Shown here in pieces: positions 8,465 through 23,400 of a stretch of DNA of 64,000 nucleotides. A model generated the notes under the pieces. It worked only from the letters and a program-made list of their open reading frames with translations. It ran no database searches and was not told where the DNA came from. The DNA comes from Podarcis tiliguerta (Eukaryota). Positions within the stretch are counted from its first letter, which is position 1. Each line of letters opens with the position of its first letter. Location: the NCBI GenBank assembly GCA_965153285.1, contig OZ229110.1; one strand, written 5' to 3'. Made by a program: the position numbers and the translations under genes.

Positions 8465-11400
8465 CTGTTGGAGGAAGAAGAGGTAGATTGAATGAGGGCC
8501 AGCAATTACAAAGGGTTTTCCTTCATCCTGCCTCTACCATTCATCTTCGCATTAGCTGAGGTTTCAGATCCACTGATTTATGCATTGCCATTTTTGTTTC
8601 CCTTGTATGCCTTGAGGCTCCATTATAAGTTCCCTTAGTCTTTCCACTTGCCTCTCTCTGGAAGCATGCCCTTACATGACCCTCTTACCTCTTCCTCAGC
8701 AGCACACTCTGGTACAGAGATGTGGCGTTCTGGGCTGTCCATTTCACTGATGCTGCGCATGACAGCATAGAGATTGATGCGTTCCCGTCTGAGCGTGGCT
8801 GGCTTCTCTGGCACTCTCATCGTAGCCAGGTGTCTTCGCACTTCCTCAGCTCCAGAGTCATCCGATGCCCCAGGTTCTTCTGTGGCCTGAAGACTGAGCC
8901 TGGGACTATCAGGAGCGTCCAAAGGATGGTGAGGTTCTTCAGGAGGTTCCCGCAAAGGACGAAAGCAATACTGGGGGGTTGTCACTGGCTCCTCTGGTTC
9001 TTCTTCTGAGCTTAAAGTCTCATAGTATGGGCTTCCTGAAGGATCACTGCTGGCATCACTTATATCTGGAGAATCTTCTGAGTGGGCATCTCCTGCCTTT
9101 TGTTCCCATAGGCTGCTGTGTCGGCTGCGTAGTAACATGAGGTGAACAATGTAAGAGATTATTCAGCAAGGAATGCTAAATAAAGGGCCAAATAAAGAAT
9201 GGACTTTGAATCCGGTCAGTTACAGTGAGAAGCATTAATTACACATATTAAAGATAATCACAATGTCTATTTAATTTTTGCTGCACTATTAGTGTGGGAC
9301 AATTTTGCTATCAGTGCCTCCCTGTTTAAGATTAAATATTGTGTGCATAGCAATACGATGGTACCTCAGGTTACATACGCTTCAGGGTACAGACTCCACT
9401 AACCCAGAAATAATGCTTCAGGTTAAGAACTGTGCTTCAGGATGAGAACAGAAATCGTGCTCCGGCGGCACGGCAGCAGCGGGAGGCCCCATTAGCTAAA
9501 GTGGTGCTTCAGGTTAAGAACAGTTTCAGGTTAAGTACGGACCTCTGGAACAAATTAAGTACTTAACCCAAGGTACCACTGTACGAAACAGCCCCTTTTA
9601 ACTGGAAGAAGTGCTTTGGAGTGAAAGTTGGAAATGGAGCAGTTGGCATGGATGCCGGATCTTTTCCTTGCCACTCTTTGGCACCCCCATCATTTTTTTC
9701 CACATGGAATATTTCCTAGAATCATAGAGTTGGAAGAAACCACAAGGGCCATTGAGTCCAACCACCTGTGATGCCTTTGCACACAGGTGCTTAGAATCCC
9801 AGGAAAGGGAGATCTTCTCTGATCCCAATAGCCCCACTGAAAGTAGATTTTCCAGTCTAAGAGGATCATCATGCTGTTGCATGTAACATGTAGTTCGGTC
9901 CTTGGACAATAACAACAAAGCCTTCTGCTGTGGCCTGATCAGGCTGGTCAGCTGCAGCTCCCATCAGTCTCCCTTGCCCTCCCCACATACATACACAGTG
10001 ACCAGACCTGCACTCCCTCCCCTTGGATTTACCTTGCGTCCAGAATGCCCTGATAAAGCTCCAGCTGTCTCATGAATCCTGGATTGGGGTGGACAATTGG
10101 GCGTCGTTCCCGTACATGAGAAAGGGCCTGCTCAAGTGACCACCCATACTCCTTCATGGCATATGCAATCACTGTGGAGCCAGAGCGGCTCACGCCCATC
10201 TTGCAGTGCACCAACACCCGAGAGCCTTGTGCCCTGTGGGGAATGAATATTTGCTATAAGCAAGGCTACAACATCACTCAGGACAGTCAGGAAATTCAGC
10301 ATCCAGTTGCTGTACTCTCAGCCAAGAGTAGGATACCCCAGCTTCTTGGCCTAACTCAACACTTGCCAAGGCACAGATTAGGTATATTATGCTAAGGCCA
10401 CTGTGCTGTGATCATGATGAATCCAAGTGACTGACTATCCTTGCTGCTTGGAAAACATTATGGTTGTTCAACAGCCAGTGTGGTGTAGTGGTTAGAGTGG
10501 TGGGCTAGGACCTGGGAGACCAGGGTTTAAGTCCCCACTTGGCCAGGAAGCAAGCTCACTGTGGCCAGTCACCATCTCTTAGCCTAACCTACCTCACAGG
10601 GTCGTTGTGAAGATAAAGTGGGGGGAAAGGAAAACAGTATGTGCTACCCTGAGATCTTTGGAGGAAAGGTGATATATAAATGTAGTAATAAAAATAAATG
10701 AAGCAGAGATATAGCTAGGGCAAGGATGGGGAACTTTTGCCCCTCCGTATGGTGTTGAAGTCTTAACCCCCATCATTCATGGCCATTAGCCATGCTGATG
10801 GGAGTTGTAGTCCAACATCATGTAGAGTGGGGTCACAGTTTCCTGAATGCTGAGCTAAGGCAACAATGGGAATTTCCAGATATTGTTTCCAGCAGTGATG
10901 ACTGTAGCTCTGAGCTATGAATCCTCCAATATGGGAGGAGATGGCTGGATTCAGCTGCTTGCTCTTCCAAATGAGTAACTGGCTGTGTCAAATCTGACAG
11001 AGATCAAAAGCTAGGAACTGATGGCATTGTACTTCTTAATGAAGCAGAGGGTGCATTGGGGCAACCCAGTCTGATGGGATCATCATCATGGGCTGTGCCA
11101 AATTCTCTCCTGCAAAATATTCTGGGGTGAAAGGAGAGAATGGGCTGACAGTCCTACCTGGTATCACAGGTCCTCTCAAACAACAGCTGACATTTCATTC
11201 AGGGAGGTGGGGGCTTTTTGTGACCTCCTCTTCCACCTCAGCCCTTGGATTCCCACTGAAAAGCCCATTTCTGTGCCTGCAATCCCATTGACTAGATGGG
11301 GACCATGTTGGTAAGCCAAGCTTGCAATCATGAGTGCTGCAGCTGAAATTGCAACTACCATTTTGGTGTCCACTACTCACCAGGCAGCTGAAATGAAGTT

Positions 11401-14400
11401 GTAGGTTTCCTTCCAGTGTGGCAGCAGCTGTGAGGTTTCCTCATCGTAGAGCCGGACATTCATGTACGTAAAGTGCTCTGGGAAGAAGTTGTCGATCTCA
11501 CGGGTGACATTAAGGATGTGGCTGACCCTGTAAGGCAAGGCAAGGAGTAATCAACAGAGAATGTGAGCAGCTTTTTTTCACCATGTTTTTATCATGGCCT
11601 CAACTAACTAAACCATGTCCCATTTCCTAAACATCCCCCACTGCAGTTGCTCAGTATCTCAGAGTCGGGTTGGAATGCATAGTAGAAATCCCTTCTGACT
11701 AGAAGGCAAGTTTACACGGAGAGGTGTGGCAAATGGTCATCTCAGTGTCCAAGGAATCCAGATCAGATGAAGTTCCCAAAGGTACTAGTCTTGTTCTCCG
11801 AGCAGCATCTTTTGGTGACATACCTGTTCCTCTGAAGCTCCTCAAAGTTGGCTGCATTCCATTCAGAGCCCTGGGACAAAAAGGAACAACACCATGCACA
11901 GAGCTCAGTCCCAGGTGAGTGCAAATAGTTCACAAACATTCAGCCATCCTGCAATTGCTCATTAAATACTCAAAACCGAACACATTTAGCCAAATCATGT
12001 GGTAGAGTCCCTCCTAGCTTACACCATTGCAGACTGGGCAGGTGAAGGAACTGAGGTTTTGAATATGCACCCAACAGAAAAATTTCCAGCATGTAGAAAG
12101 ATAGCAGAGAGTCATCTTCCTGATCAAGTGCTTGGTTGTGATTTTTATGTGAGGGAGTAACCGTGAACCGCCCTGAGACCTACAGGTATAGGGCGGTATA
12201 CTAATTTAATAGCGCCTGTCCAGTTTCTTAGGTCAGCTTCCAAGGCTGTTCTGTACGTTCCACCACCTGTTGAGGCTAGACTGATGGCCACCAAAGATGG
12301 AGCCTTTTCAGTGCAAACCATCCATTTAGGATTGCAGCCTTAGCTGCTTGCTGTGATTTTCAACTTTGTATGAAGTAAAGAATATAAATCTGCTGCCCCA
12401 TGCTATCTCTCAAGAAGGCCCTGTAGGTAGTAAAAGGGAGAGGCTTTACAGGGGGCTTTGCTTCCTCTTATGATGGAAGGGAAGGCAAAGCCTGGAGGCC
12501 TCAAAATAATGGCAAGACTTCCATCTTCCTGCCATTCCAGGAAAGAATTTTGAGGACTCTTAGGTTGAGAGGAGGGACTGCCATTTTTAGGGGCTTGGAG
12601 CTCCAGTCTGCTGGCATCATGGATCCCTTTCCTGTACTTCCTCACCAAGTAGAGATAGTCAAAAATCCTGGAGGGCCGATCCATCTGAGCCATAATGAGA
12701 AGCATTTCATTGTCAATAAACTCCTTATAGTCGTTCAGGCTCCGACCGGCTCTCCGCTCCAGTTCTGTACGGATCTGCAGGAAGAGAGGGAGGGAGCTTG
12801 TGAGTGCCTGTGGTCCCTTTTGAGCCTGGCTGCTTTTTAATGACATGCCCATTCCCTGTCCCTCACCCATCACTCCAACCCCTATACATAACCCTGCTTT
12901 CCCACATTCCCTTCCCAGTCCGTTTTACTTATCTTGCTCCCATACCCTCTCTCTCTCACACACCCCCCCCCTCACACAGTCTCCATTCTCTCTCCCCCGC
13001 CCCCTCCTCCCTCACCCCCTTGGCCCAACATCCCACCTCCTTGGAGGTGATGTTCTCCAGGTCAGTGGTGGCCATCACCTCACGCAGCTTGGCCCGGATC
13101 ATCCGCTCTGTCATCTCCTGTGCTGTCGGCCTGAGGCACAGAGACGGAGGGTCGGCAAAGCTCTTGGCTCGCCAGACTCTGCCCCAGACACCATGGCACG
13201 CCTAGAGAATCCCTCCCCCATTGGCAGTAGGGTTACAAATCTTGACACCATGCCAAAGCTTTGCATTTCCCTAGATAGATTTACGCATTTGTAAATGTGC
13301 TCGTTCATTTATTGCATGTATATCCTGAGCTTCCTCTGAGGGCCTTAAGGATTACTCCCCCCCCCCACCACCTCAATTTTATCCTCACAAGTTGCTGTGA
13401 GGTAGGTTAGGCTCTGACTGACCCAATAACACCACGTGAACTCAATGGCTGGGTAAGAATGTTAACCTGGGTCTCTCTCAAGTACTAGTTTGGTACCCAA
13501 ACCACTCCACTCCACTCCAGTGCACCACAAAAAGTGATGCTACGTGACCTGAACTGGGGGTGGGCTTCTGCTCTGATCTGTGTCTCTGATCAGCATCTCC
13601 CTCCCTCCCTCCCTCATTATTACAAAAAAACAAAAACAAGGACCCTTCCCTTTCATGACCTGCAGAAGAACTTTCTGCACAGTAGTCCCTAAAACTGGCT
13701 AGCAGGGCCACCTGAAATGTCTGTGCTTTGGACTACTGCATGGTATCGAGTTCCACCTTGGAACCACTGCAGCTCTGCTGACTAGATCATTCACAGCCTA
13801 TAACCAGCCCTAGGAGGGGAAGGGCCATCACTGACTGGTCAGAGAAGGCTGCAGGAGAAGTGGGCCGCACAGATTCCAAGTCGGACATGGCTAGCCATTC
13901 ATTAATGCAGCTCTGCTCCGAGTTCACAGCCTTCTGATACCACTCGGTCCAGCTCAACGCACTGCCTCCTGGGAAATGGTTGTTGCAGACGGCTTCGCTG
14001 CATGCCTTGTGCAGCACTTGCAGCGCTGACCTGAGAGCAGAGATGACAATCAGACATCAGAGATGCGCTAAAAAAATCCTCTGAAGGCTACCACTGCCAT
14101 CAGAGAAATGCACATCTCTCTTCCCTTTTTCCTCCATTATGCCCCTCTCCCAGCCTACCAAAAGCAATAGTGGCAACTATATCCTTGTTCCCCACATTCG
14201 TCCTTTCCCACACATGTCATTGCGCTTTTCACCCTACCTGACAGCCTTGCTTACCACATGGTCTGGACTGAAATGGGCTTAAAGATACGGGTCTGCCCCC
14301 CAGACGTCACACTGAAGCCCCTGGGGAAAGAGAAGGAGAGAACAGTGTCACAAATAACTTGGGAGTGCTCCACCTGAGATGCAGATATACGGAAAGAGGC

Positions 14401-17400
14401 AAATAAAAATGCAGTACGTGGCACAGTTGTGAAACTAGTTTGAGATCTTCCATGGTGCCAGGTTCCATTTGTAAGCAAAAAAGAGAATCTGATCCTTTTC
14501 TGCTCTTGAGATCTAAAAGTCAGGATAGTGTTGCTTCTTGCCTTGTGCAATGGCAACAACTTTAATCTACGCATTCTAGAAAGGATGGCGCCAGCTGAAG
14601 TCAATATTTTAGGTATGCTTCTTCTGCACTTCTTAATCCTTCTAAAAATCTCAGCCTTAGTAAATAAATTATTCTTCTCTCATTCTAACCATAAAGTTTT
14701 CTGCAGGGGACAAGTTAAATATGGAAAATTCTAACAACTCTACTGAGACCAGGCCAGTTGTCAGGCCCCACTGAGTTTAGTCTGTGATTACTTTTCCTCA
14801 GGAGGGGGCGGGGAGCCAGAAAAGTAAGTTGCAAAGCAGTATCTGTGTAACTCTGGAAGTTAAACAGACAGTTGTATTTTATGTGCGGTATTATGACGAG
14901 GCCTGTATTGTGGGTTTGCCCCTCAGCTGTTGGAATGCTCCTGTGACTTTCCTGACTATGCAGTGTAAACTAGCCTGGAGTTTTCAGGGAGCTATTGATT
15001 TCCCTTCTGGACAAGGAAACCTGAAAGTCTGATTGCTTGCAGTTGTGGTTTAGTGGCTGACCAGTGTCCTGTTTGAGGAGTTCTGATTTTTTTGAAATGG
15101 CAAATGCACTGAAGGGTGGCAAAGTGTCTGCTTTTCATTTATCTATTTTTTCTTTTGAAGGTACAATTTGGATTTATGTATTTTTTTTGCCTGAACCCCC
15201 AAAATACATTGGGTTGGCCCTGAACCCTAGTTAGCCCTCCATCATCATCATCATTTAGTTATAGGTAGGTAGCCATGTTGATCTGTCGTAGTGGAAACAA
15301 AATAAAAAAAATCCTTCCAGTAGCACCTTACAGACCAACTAAGTTTGTTATTGGTATGAGCTTTCATGTGCATGCACACTTCTGCAGATACACTCAATGT
15401 ATCTGAAGGTGCTACTGGTCTCTAAGGTGCTACTGGAAGGATTTTTAAAATTTTGTTATCATCATAATCATCATCATCATAATTTATTTATGCCCCTCCC
15501 ATCCGGCTGGGTTTCCCCAGCCAATCTGGGCAGCTCCCATCAGATTAAAAACAGAATAAAACATCAAACATTAAAAACTTCCCTAAACACAGCTAATTAA
15601 GGCCCAGAAGTCCATCTCTTTGCTCTTTTATCCCAAAATATGGCCACTCAAGGCCTTTGTGCCTCAAGCTCAACCACCTTCAACTGCCTGAAGCTCTCCT
15701 GCTAACTCAGATGACTCTGCCTTTTACCCCCTTTTGCCCCTTATGCCTAGAACTGTTCTCCAGGAAACCTGTGTGAAGTAGACCTTCTTGGATTTCCTTC
15801 AAAACATACCTTTCCTGTGAAAAGTTTGGCATGAACACACATACCCTAGTCCTCTTCCATCATGGAACTAAACACAAGAATGACTCACTGAAATAAAGCT
15901 GTGCACATCAGTGGTGCTACATGGCTATTATTAACAACAACAACAACCATAAGATGAGACACAGCATGGGGCAGGCTCTCAAGGAGACTTTTTAAGAAAG
16001 AGAGACCATGTAAAAAAAGAATGGTTGGTTTCCATTTAATACTGGAGGGAGAGACAGCAAAAAACACAAACTCTCCCGTAGCTATTCAGGACGTAAGTGG
16101 TTTGTAGTCTGTGGAGACCATTTTCAAGTCAGATGAGAGAGCAGGCAGTGTTGGTGAAACTGGGCGAGGAGAAAAATAAACACACACCAAAAAAGTGGCC
16201 TCTCACTATCTCAGTCTGTTTGAGTATCCTAGTTTGTTTGCAAAGCACAGAGCTTATATGAGGATTACTATTACATGGAGCATTGTGGGTGCCTGGTGGG
16301 GTTAGGTCTGTCTCTTACCCATCGCCATCAAGGAAGACCTGAGTGTCACTCCAAAGCGGAAGCACCATCCCCAGCGTGCAGGCAGCCGAGCTGGGAGGCA
16401 AAGAGAGAAGAGATCAGGTAGCTACTGAAGGAGTTATTATAGTCCATGGGTAGGCAAACTAAGGCCCAGGGGCTGGATCCGGCCCAATCGCCTTCTCAAT
16501 CCGGCCCGCAGATGGTCCAGGAATCAGTGTGTTTTTACCTGAGTAGAATGTGTGCTTTTATTTAAAATGCATCTCTGGGTTATTTGTGGGGCATAGGAAT
16601 TCGTTCACCCCCCCTCCAATATAGTCCAGCCCCCCACAAGGTGTGAGAGACAGTGGACTGGTCCCCCCCGCTGAAAAAGTTTGCTGACCCCTGTTATAGT
16701 CCCTGTGCTTGTCCTACAAACGTACCCCATCTGCACTCGCCTCTTAACTTGCTTTTTCAATAGCTTGATCAGCATTGTAAAAATCACTGATAGCAAAGCC
16801 AAGCAAGCATTCCAGAGCTGTGACAGAGGTGCTTGGCGAACTGCATAGCTATCTTCCATTCAGCTCCTTGATTTGGACATCTTCCTGCAGCATGCTCGAG
16901 TGCCTGTGCCCTTACTGAATACATAAACAAAGGTTCTTCTGGAGCACAGATACTGGGAATGGGGTGGAGAGGAAAGACTGGGTGAAGGGTTGCCAAACCA
17001 GTTCGACCAGGGAGTAAAATACATTAAGGAGTTTAGATACACACACAGCGAAGGACAGAAAGAAAGCACTCTGAAGCAAAGATGCTTTCGATAAGGGTTT
17101 TGAACAAACATCATGCAGAGAGAAAAGGGGTTGTGTTCTTCCAAGTGCATTTTCTTGGAAGCATGCCCTATTAATTTCAACGGTACTTGCCTTCGGCTAA
17201 TGGTAATTTGGAACACAACCTTGGTTATTGAAGCAGAGAATGTTGCCTGTTCCCTATGCATGTTTGTTCAGAAGTAAGATCCACCGCATTCAATGGGACT
17301 TACTTTCAAGGAAGTAGTATGCATCAGCCTGTAGTCTAAGAGACTTTCAGCACAATCCTAGTCATGTCTACTCAGAACAAAAGTCCTATATAATTAAATG

Positions 17401-20400
17401 GGGCTTATTCTCAGGCAAGTGGGTCAAGGATAGAACCTTATTGGGTATCTCATTTTGGTCCAAGCCTTGATGAAAGACATCATGCAGAAGATACAAGGCA
17501 GGACAGTATAGACAGCTGGAAGCCTGGGCCCCACCCCTTCTGCATCTTCGTGCTCCTTCCCTTGTCTTCTCACCCTTCTTCAGGGAAGTCAACTCCCAGC
17601 AGCACCATCTCACTCTTGCTCTCCACCTCTGCTGCTGACACAACCAGCAAGTACCGGATCCGGTGAGCTCGAGCCGACTCCAGCCTCACAGCCTGGAGGA
17701 GGGAAACAAACATACAGTCCTTGCAAGACTGTCCTTGTGTGTGTCACCTCCACACATATGACAGTAAGATTCCACCATAACTGTTGGTGGTGCATTTGGC
17801 AGATCCAGGGATAGTTCTTTGTTTAGCACCACCAGCAACTTCTGAAAAAAATTCCATGATTCCTGAGACCAGTGTCATAGCTAAGTACCATATTGTTCCT
17901 TGTGTGGAAATAACATAAGATAGCAACTTGGGATAATCCAAGTAGGACTAAGACAGAGTGCCCCTTGTTCCTTGTCAGTAGCCATTTGTGCACTTTTCAG
18001 TACGAGGGGGGAAAGGGTTTTGAGGAGAAACTCCATTTACATTTATCCAGAAATAAGTGCATCACATTTTCATCTCTGAGCCCAAGAGCCCTGGCACTGA
18101 GGTTCTCAAAGCTATTAAATCATCCATTGAAAATCATATTATACAAGGCTTTTAGCACAAAATCATTAGGAAATAGAAGGGAAGTTTCAGAAAAAGGCCC
18201 CCCCACCCCTGGATTAAGTGAATGCATTTTGGCATTGCGTGGTAGGATCAGAGGGAAGAGCCTCTGGACCTAAGTGTTATGGGAGTGTTTTTCATATTTT
18301 TCTTTCCACATTTTTACTTTCCACATTGGCAAATGCCATAGATCTTCAGTAGTTTTGCCAAGGGGTTTGGGGCATGTTCTAGGAAGACACACACAGAGAG
18401 GGGGCAGGGAGTGTTATTGTGGACCACTAGACAAGCATATGAGACCTCAGTATTGACTTGCCTGAACTGAGATTATACTGGACAGATGCATGTTTATTTA
18501 TTTAATTCTCTATTTTCCACACTGCAAGGGAAGATCCGCAGTGGGGAGCAAGCTATCTTTTAGGGCAGCTTGTCTGCTGCTACTGAACTTCCGAATGAGC
18601 CACGTCTGCTAAGCTCCTGAGAACATCAGCAGCTACCAAAAAGCAGCATGAGAACCGCTGCCTTCAGGAACTGCCCCAGGTACTTGGAGGCTGTTGTGAC
18701 TCACTCTCTAGAAAAGAAAGAAAACCCAGCACATGCTACTTTGGAAATCTCCCAGCAGAGTCCCCAAAGCCAAAGCCGGGATCAGACTCGGCAGAGACGC
18801 CAGCTCTGGCTGTCTGCCCAAGAGAGCAAAAGCCCCGCAGGCCATAAATGGGGAAGTGGCTGCAGCTCCCGGCTGAATGTCTGCCTGAAAACCACATTCC
18901 TCAAGGAGAGGAATCCCTCGCCGCCCTGCTCTGAGCCTCCACAAGCGGGGACAATGAGGCTCTCAGAAGCCAGGCCTCTCCAGCACAGAGTTTTGCAGCA
19001 GGAAGGCAAAGCGGAATCAGATTATCACAGGACTCCCAGGCAAGAGGCAACACAGATTCTAGAATCGTGCTAAGAGGAGGAGAAAGGTGAAGATCAAGGT
19101 CAAGAGGAAGGAGTTAATAGTCGGGTGTCCACTCCACAGACCAGCTGAACTAGCCTGGGAAGCAATCTGGGTCACTAAGGCGTTCTCACTGAGGCAGTAA
19201 ACTTGTGCCCTTTCAGGTGCGATCCCACGATGGAAGGATTCAGTCATGTGAATCCCACCCACAGCCTGAAGCGATACTGTCTAGACACAGGTTTACTGCC
19301 TCTTAGAACTAGGCCGGAGCCTGAGGGCACACACCTCCCTTTTCTGAAATATTGTGTTTGCAGAAAATAGCCCTCTTTCATTTCAGAACAGTTGTCTCTT
19401 GTGGCACGGCTTGCCCAACTAGGCCTGTAGGACAGCAGCAAGGCACACTGGGTACAGCTGGTGGCTCTGGACAGGAGGGCAGGAAAGCACTTGTGCCATT
19501 AAGGAAAGGAATCCCACTAACATACATTTAAAGCACAGCTATACCATCTTAATAGTCACAACTTCCCATGGGAGCTGCAATAAATAAAACAAACACTCTG
19601 TGGTGATGAGGATGTTATTGTATTTGTTTGTTACTGTGCTATGTATTTTTGTGTTTTTATATTGTAAATCACTCTGTGATCCTCGGCTGGAGGGTGGTAT
19701 AGAAGCTTAATAAGTAATAAACAAATAGTTTACTAATCACAGACCTATAGTAAACAGCACCAACCTCTTTGGGGTGGGTGAAGCAATGTGCTTTAATTGT
19801 AATCTGTGGGTGTTACTACAGAAGGTCAAGATAAGATCATTTGATGAACAGAATGAACCTTAAACTGGCCTGGCTTGGCAGCAGAAACCTGGAATATTTT
19901 TTGTTCCAATAGTAAGCAATGCTGAGCCAGGCAGAGAAGGGAATTTGCCCTGAGTGTTGGGCCTTGGCAGGGTTGAGTGGGTGGAAATGGAGACCGTGCT
20001 GATTCCAGAACAGGAGGAGGGAAAAGGGCAAAGGCCCGGCCCCAAGCAAACTCTTTTACAAGGCAGTCAAAAACACTGAACTCCATAACCGCCTGCCCCA
20101 GACTCTTTATCCGAAGAGGCACATTTTGTGGTCAGGCCAATTGCTTTCCTGTCTCTTGTCATCTGCACTCTGCCGTATCTCCCTGCCCTCACAGTCTCAC
20201 CAGCCGGATGCTGTCTTCTGGCCGCATTAACCCCACCATTTGCTGTAAGTGCTGCTCCTGTTGTTCAGCTGCGGCATTCTCACTCTTAGGCTTGTGGTCC
20301 AGGGGGGTGGCTGGGCCTTCCTGCACAGACTCCAGCTTTTCTTCTTCCTGCAGGAGCAAAGCAGCTCCTTTGACCATGACGAAGCTGTGGCTGAAAAGGG

Positions 20401-23400
20401 AAAGAAATGGAGATAGGTAGAAAAACCCTCTTGCTCCAGAAGGAGAGCTTGCCCCATTAAATCCTTCCTCTTTCCAAGGGGGAATGTAAGAAGCTGCCTT
20501 ACCCTGACAATGATCCATTGAATTGAGCATTTTTTACACTGTTCAGCAGCAGCAGCTCTCTAGAGTTTCAGGCTGGGAATCTCTCCCAGTCCTACCTGGA
20601 GACGCCTTGGACTGAACCCGAGACCTTCTGTAATAAAGGAGGTGCTGTTCCACTGAACTACGGCCCTTCCCCATGAACGCTTGGGAGCAATTTGCAATTA
20701 CAGAACAGTCACAAAATCTGAAGTAGTCCAAGAGAGGCAGGCCTAGCCATCAAGGCAAACTAGGTAGGTTGTGCTATCTAGAAGCCTTAAGGCCTATTAA
20801 ATGTATACAGAGGTGGCAGAATATTGGAAAATCACATCAGATTTTAAAATAAAATGTTGAAAAACGTTGACTCTAAGGAATAGATAACCAATATTAGCTA
20901 TACTCAGCTGGAATACAAGCAAGCATTTTAGAAATTGCAACCTTTTTAAAAAAATGTCAACATTGATTTATTACCTACTTAAAAAAACCCACACAAAGTA
21001 TAAGGCATTCCCCCAAAGAGTGCCCTTAGCCTTTTCAAAATATTTTGTTAAAACTATTTGCCAAATCTCCGCTTTTCTCACACTTTTTAAACAGAGATGT
21101 GTGCTCTAAAAATGACTGCCAACCCATGACTAATTAGACAAAAAGGCTATAATACTCCCTACATGCTACACACTATTGTGTTTAACAGTGCTCCCATCAT
21201 TTTTCAAAAAAGCAGAGATTATCTAGGGGAAGCGATTTAGAGTGGAGGAGAAGTAGGGGAAGTGGGCAGTAGCTGTCCCCCCAGCCATTATTTCTCTGTT
21301 CACCTCACCCCCCTGCCCCACCTGTAGAGTTCAAAGGTGTTTGAAAAGATGGCAAGTTCTGTTACAGAGGACAAGGGAATTAGATCCTTCCAGTTCACCA
21401 GAATTAGAGATCTTTCCAGTATACTGTACATTTATATTTAATGCACAGTATCCTCCCATGTATTCGTTTGGTGCACATTTTCCATTGCAAGATAATTTAT
21501 CCTATTCCCCACTCTTCTTTGCAAGGTCTTTTCCCTCTGTTCAGAGCAACAAACATGCAGTTGTTATGCTTTTGCTGCACACAATCTTGTCTCAAGATTG
21601 CACTTCTCTTGTGAAAATGTAATTCTTCCCTCCAATGCAATTGGGACTGCGGTGTACAATTTGGTTTTGCAAATGTCATGGGATATTAATGAGGAACACA
21701 ACTCTCTCCTCCTCCTCACCATCAAACACCCACATCAGTTGGTTGCTGTGACTCAGGCATTGATAACCTTGAGTTTGGATTACTGCAATGTGTTTTATGT
21801 GGGGCTGCCCTTAGCTTGCCCTGCAAGCTGCAACTGGTGCAAAATGCAGCAATTAGACAACTCACCGGGGTGCCTTACCACATGCATATTACACCACTCC
21901 TACAGGAGCTCCATTAGCTGCCATTTAGCTACTGACCCAGGTTTAAGGTTTTGCTTTTGACCTATACTGCCTTAACAGTTTGGGACCGATTACCTGAAGG
22001 CTCCCTTTCTCCTTCTTGCTCATTACAATCAGCTATGGCACACTTTTTATGTGTGTTTGGCAGTAACCAAGAAGAGTCTTCTCTGTGCAGGCACCCTCTC
22101 TCCCTTCAGCTTAAAAAGGCACCAGAATATGCTCCTAAATGTTTGCTAATTTTTGATTCCAGAGTATGGTATCACGATTTAAATTTACTCTGCGTCACTG
22201 TTGTCTTTTTAACCTGCAGCTTTTTTAATGGTTTAATTTGTTATGATATCTTTTGTAGTACGCCACTTTGGATGCTTCATGAAAAACAGGGCAAAAATAA
22301 ATCAACTATTTTTTCCTGTTTGAACTCCTACACTATATTTTTCTAGTCCAGGGGCTGTTGGTGCAGCACTAGTTGTTTTTTTAAAGTTAGAAGAAGAAGC
22401 AATGCTCCACCTTCCTGCACCGCCACAACCCACTGCACTGTTTTGGAATATTCTCTTCCTTCTGCATTTCTTCACGATGCAGCTCCAGCATTGGAACCAT
22501 CTTTTGAAAAATAAGTTGCAAAGTGCAACTCCCCCCCACCTAATGCCTTAAGGGGGGTGGGATACTCTGGTGCTGGGTTCCTGCTACTGGGAGTAACACA
22601 CTAAATCCAAAACATTTTTTTAATAAATTGTGTGAAAAAGCCCAGAAGCTGGTTTGGGAGGACCCTGGCCTTTTTGTTGGTATGTATGTGTGAAGGGACA
22701 GGATTACAAAGGCTAGCTCCTTACCGTCGCTGCAGCTGTCTCTTCCGAGGAACCTCTTCATCCTGCAAGGGAATTCCAGGTAGATCAGTCACTTCTGATC
22801 CAAAGCAAAGAAGAAGAAATCTCCTGCTCCAGATTAAACGATGTTCTAAGTTTCCACACATGTGGCACCAATCTCCTAGACACGGTCATTTCCACCAAGG
22901 GCTGTCCCAAGGCATTTTGCTTCCTGAGCCAAAGGGCCAAGATGCCGCTCCCCTTATTCCATATGCAGAGGCCAACCAGGCAGGCCCTTGAATATCACCT
23001 GAACAGTGGAGATGGGACAACATCCTCCCTTGGACCTGAGGGCAGCAGGCTGGTTTGGGAGCTGCAAGGCAGATCACATGGCACACTCAGCTCTACACTC
23101 TACTCCACTGAGTGCTCTACACTCCTCAGCAAATGCTGCCCAAAACAGCCATCTTATTCTGCCTAATGGTAGAGGTGGCCCTGCCACCTAGGTCTTCCAG
23201 AGGTAAGCAGGTCCACACAGAGCAGGGGGCCCTCAGAGGGCTTTTTTTCAGCCGGAACTCTCCGGAACTCAGTCCCAGCACCTCTCAGGTGGGCACCATT
23301 GCCATTCTAAGAGAATGAGGGAGGTGTTCATGGAGAGTTCCAGAACCTCTTTTTCTAGAAAAATGGCACTGACTCCTCAGAGGGCTAAGCTGGCTGGGGA

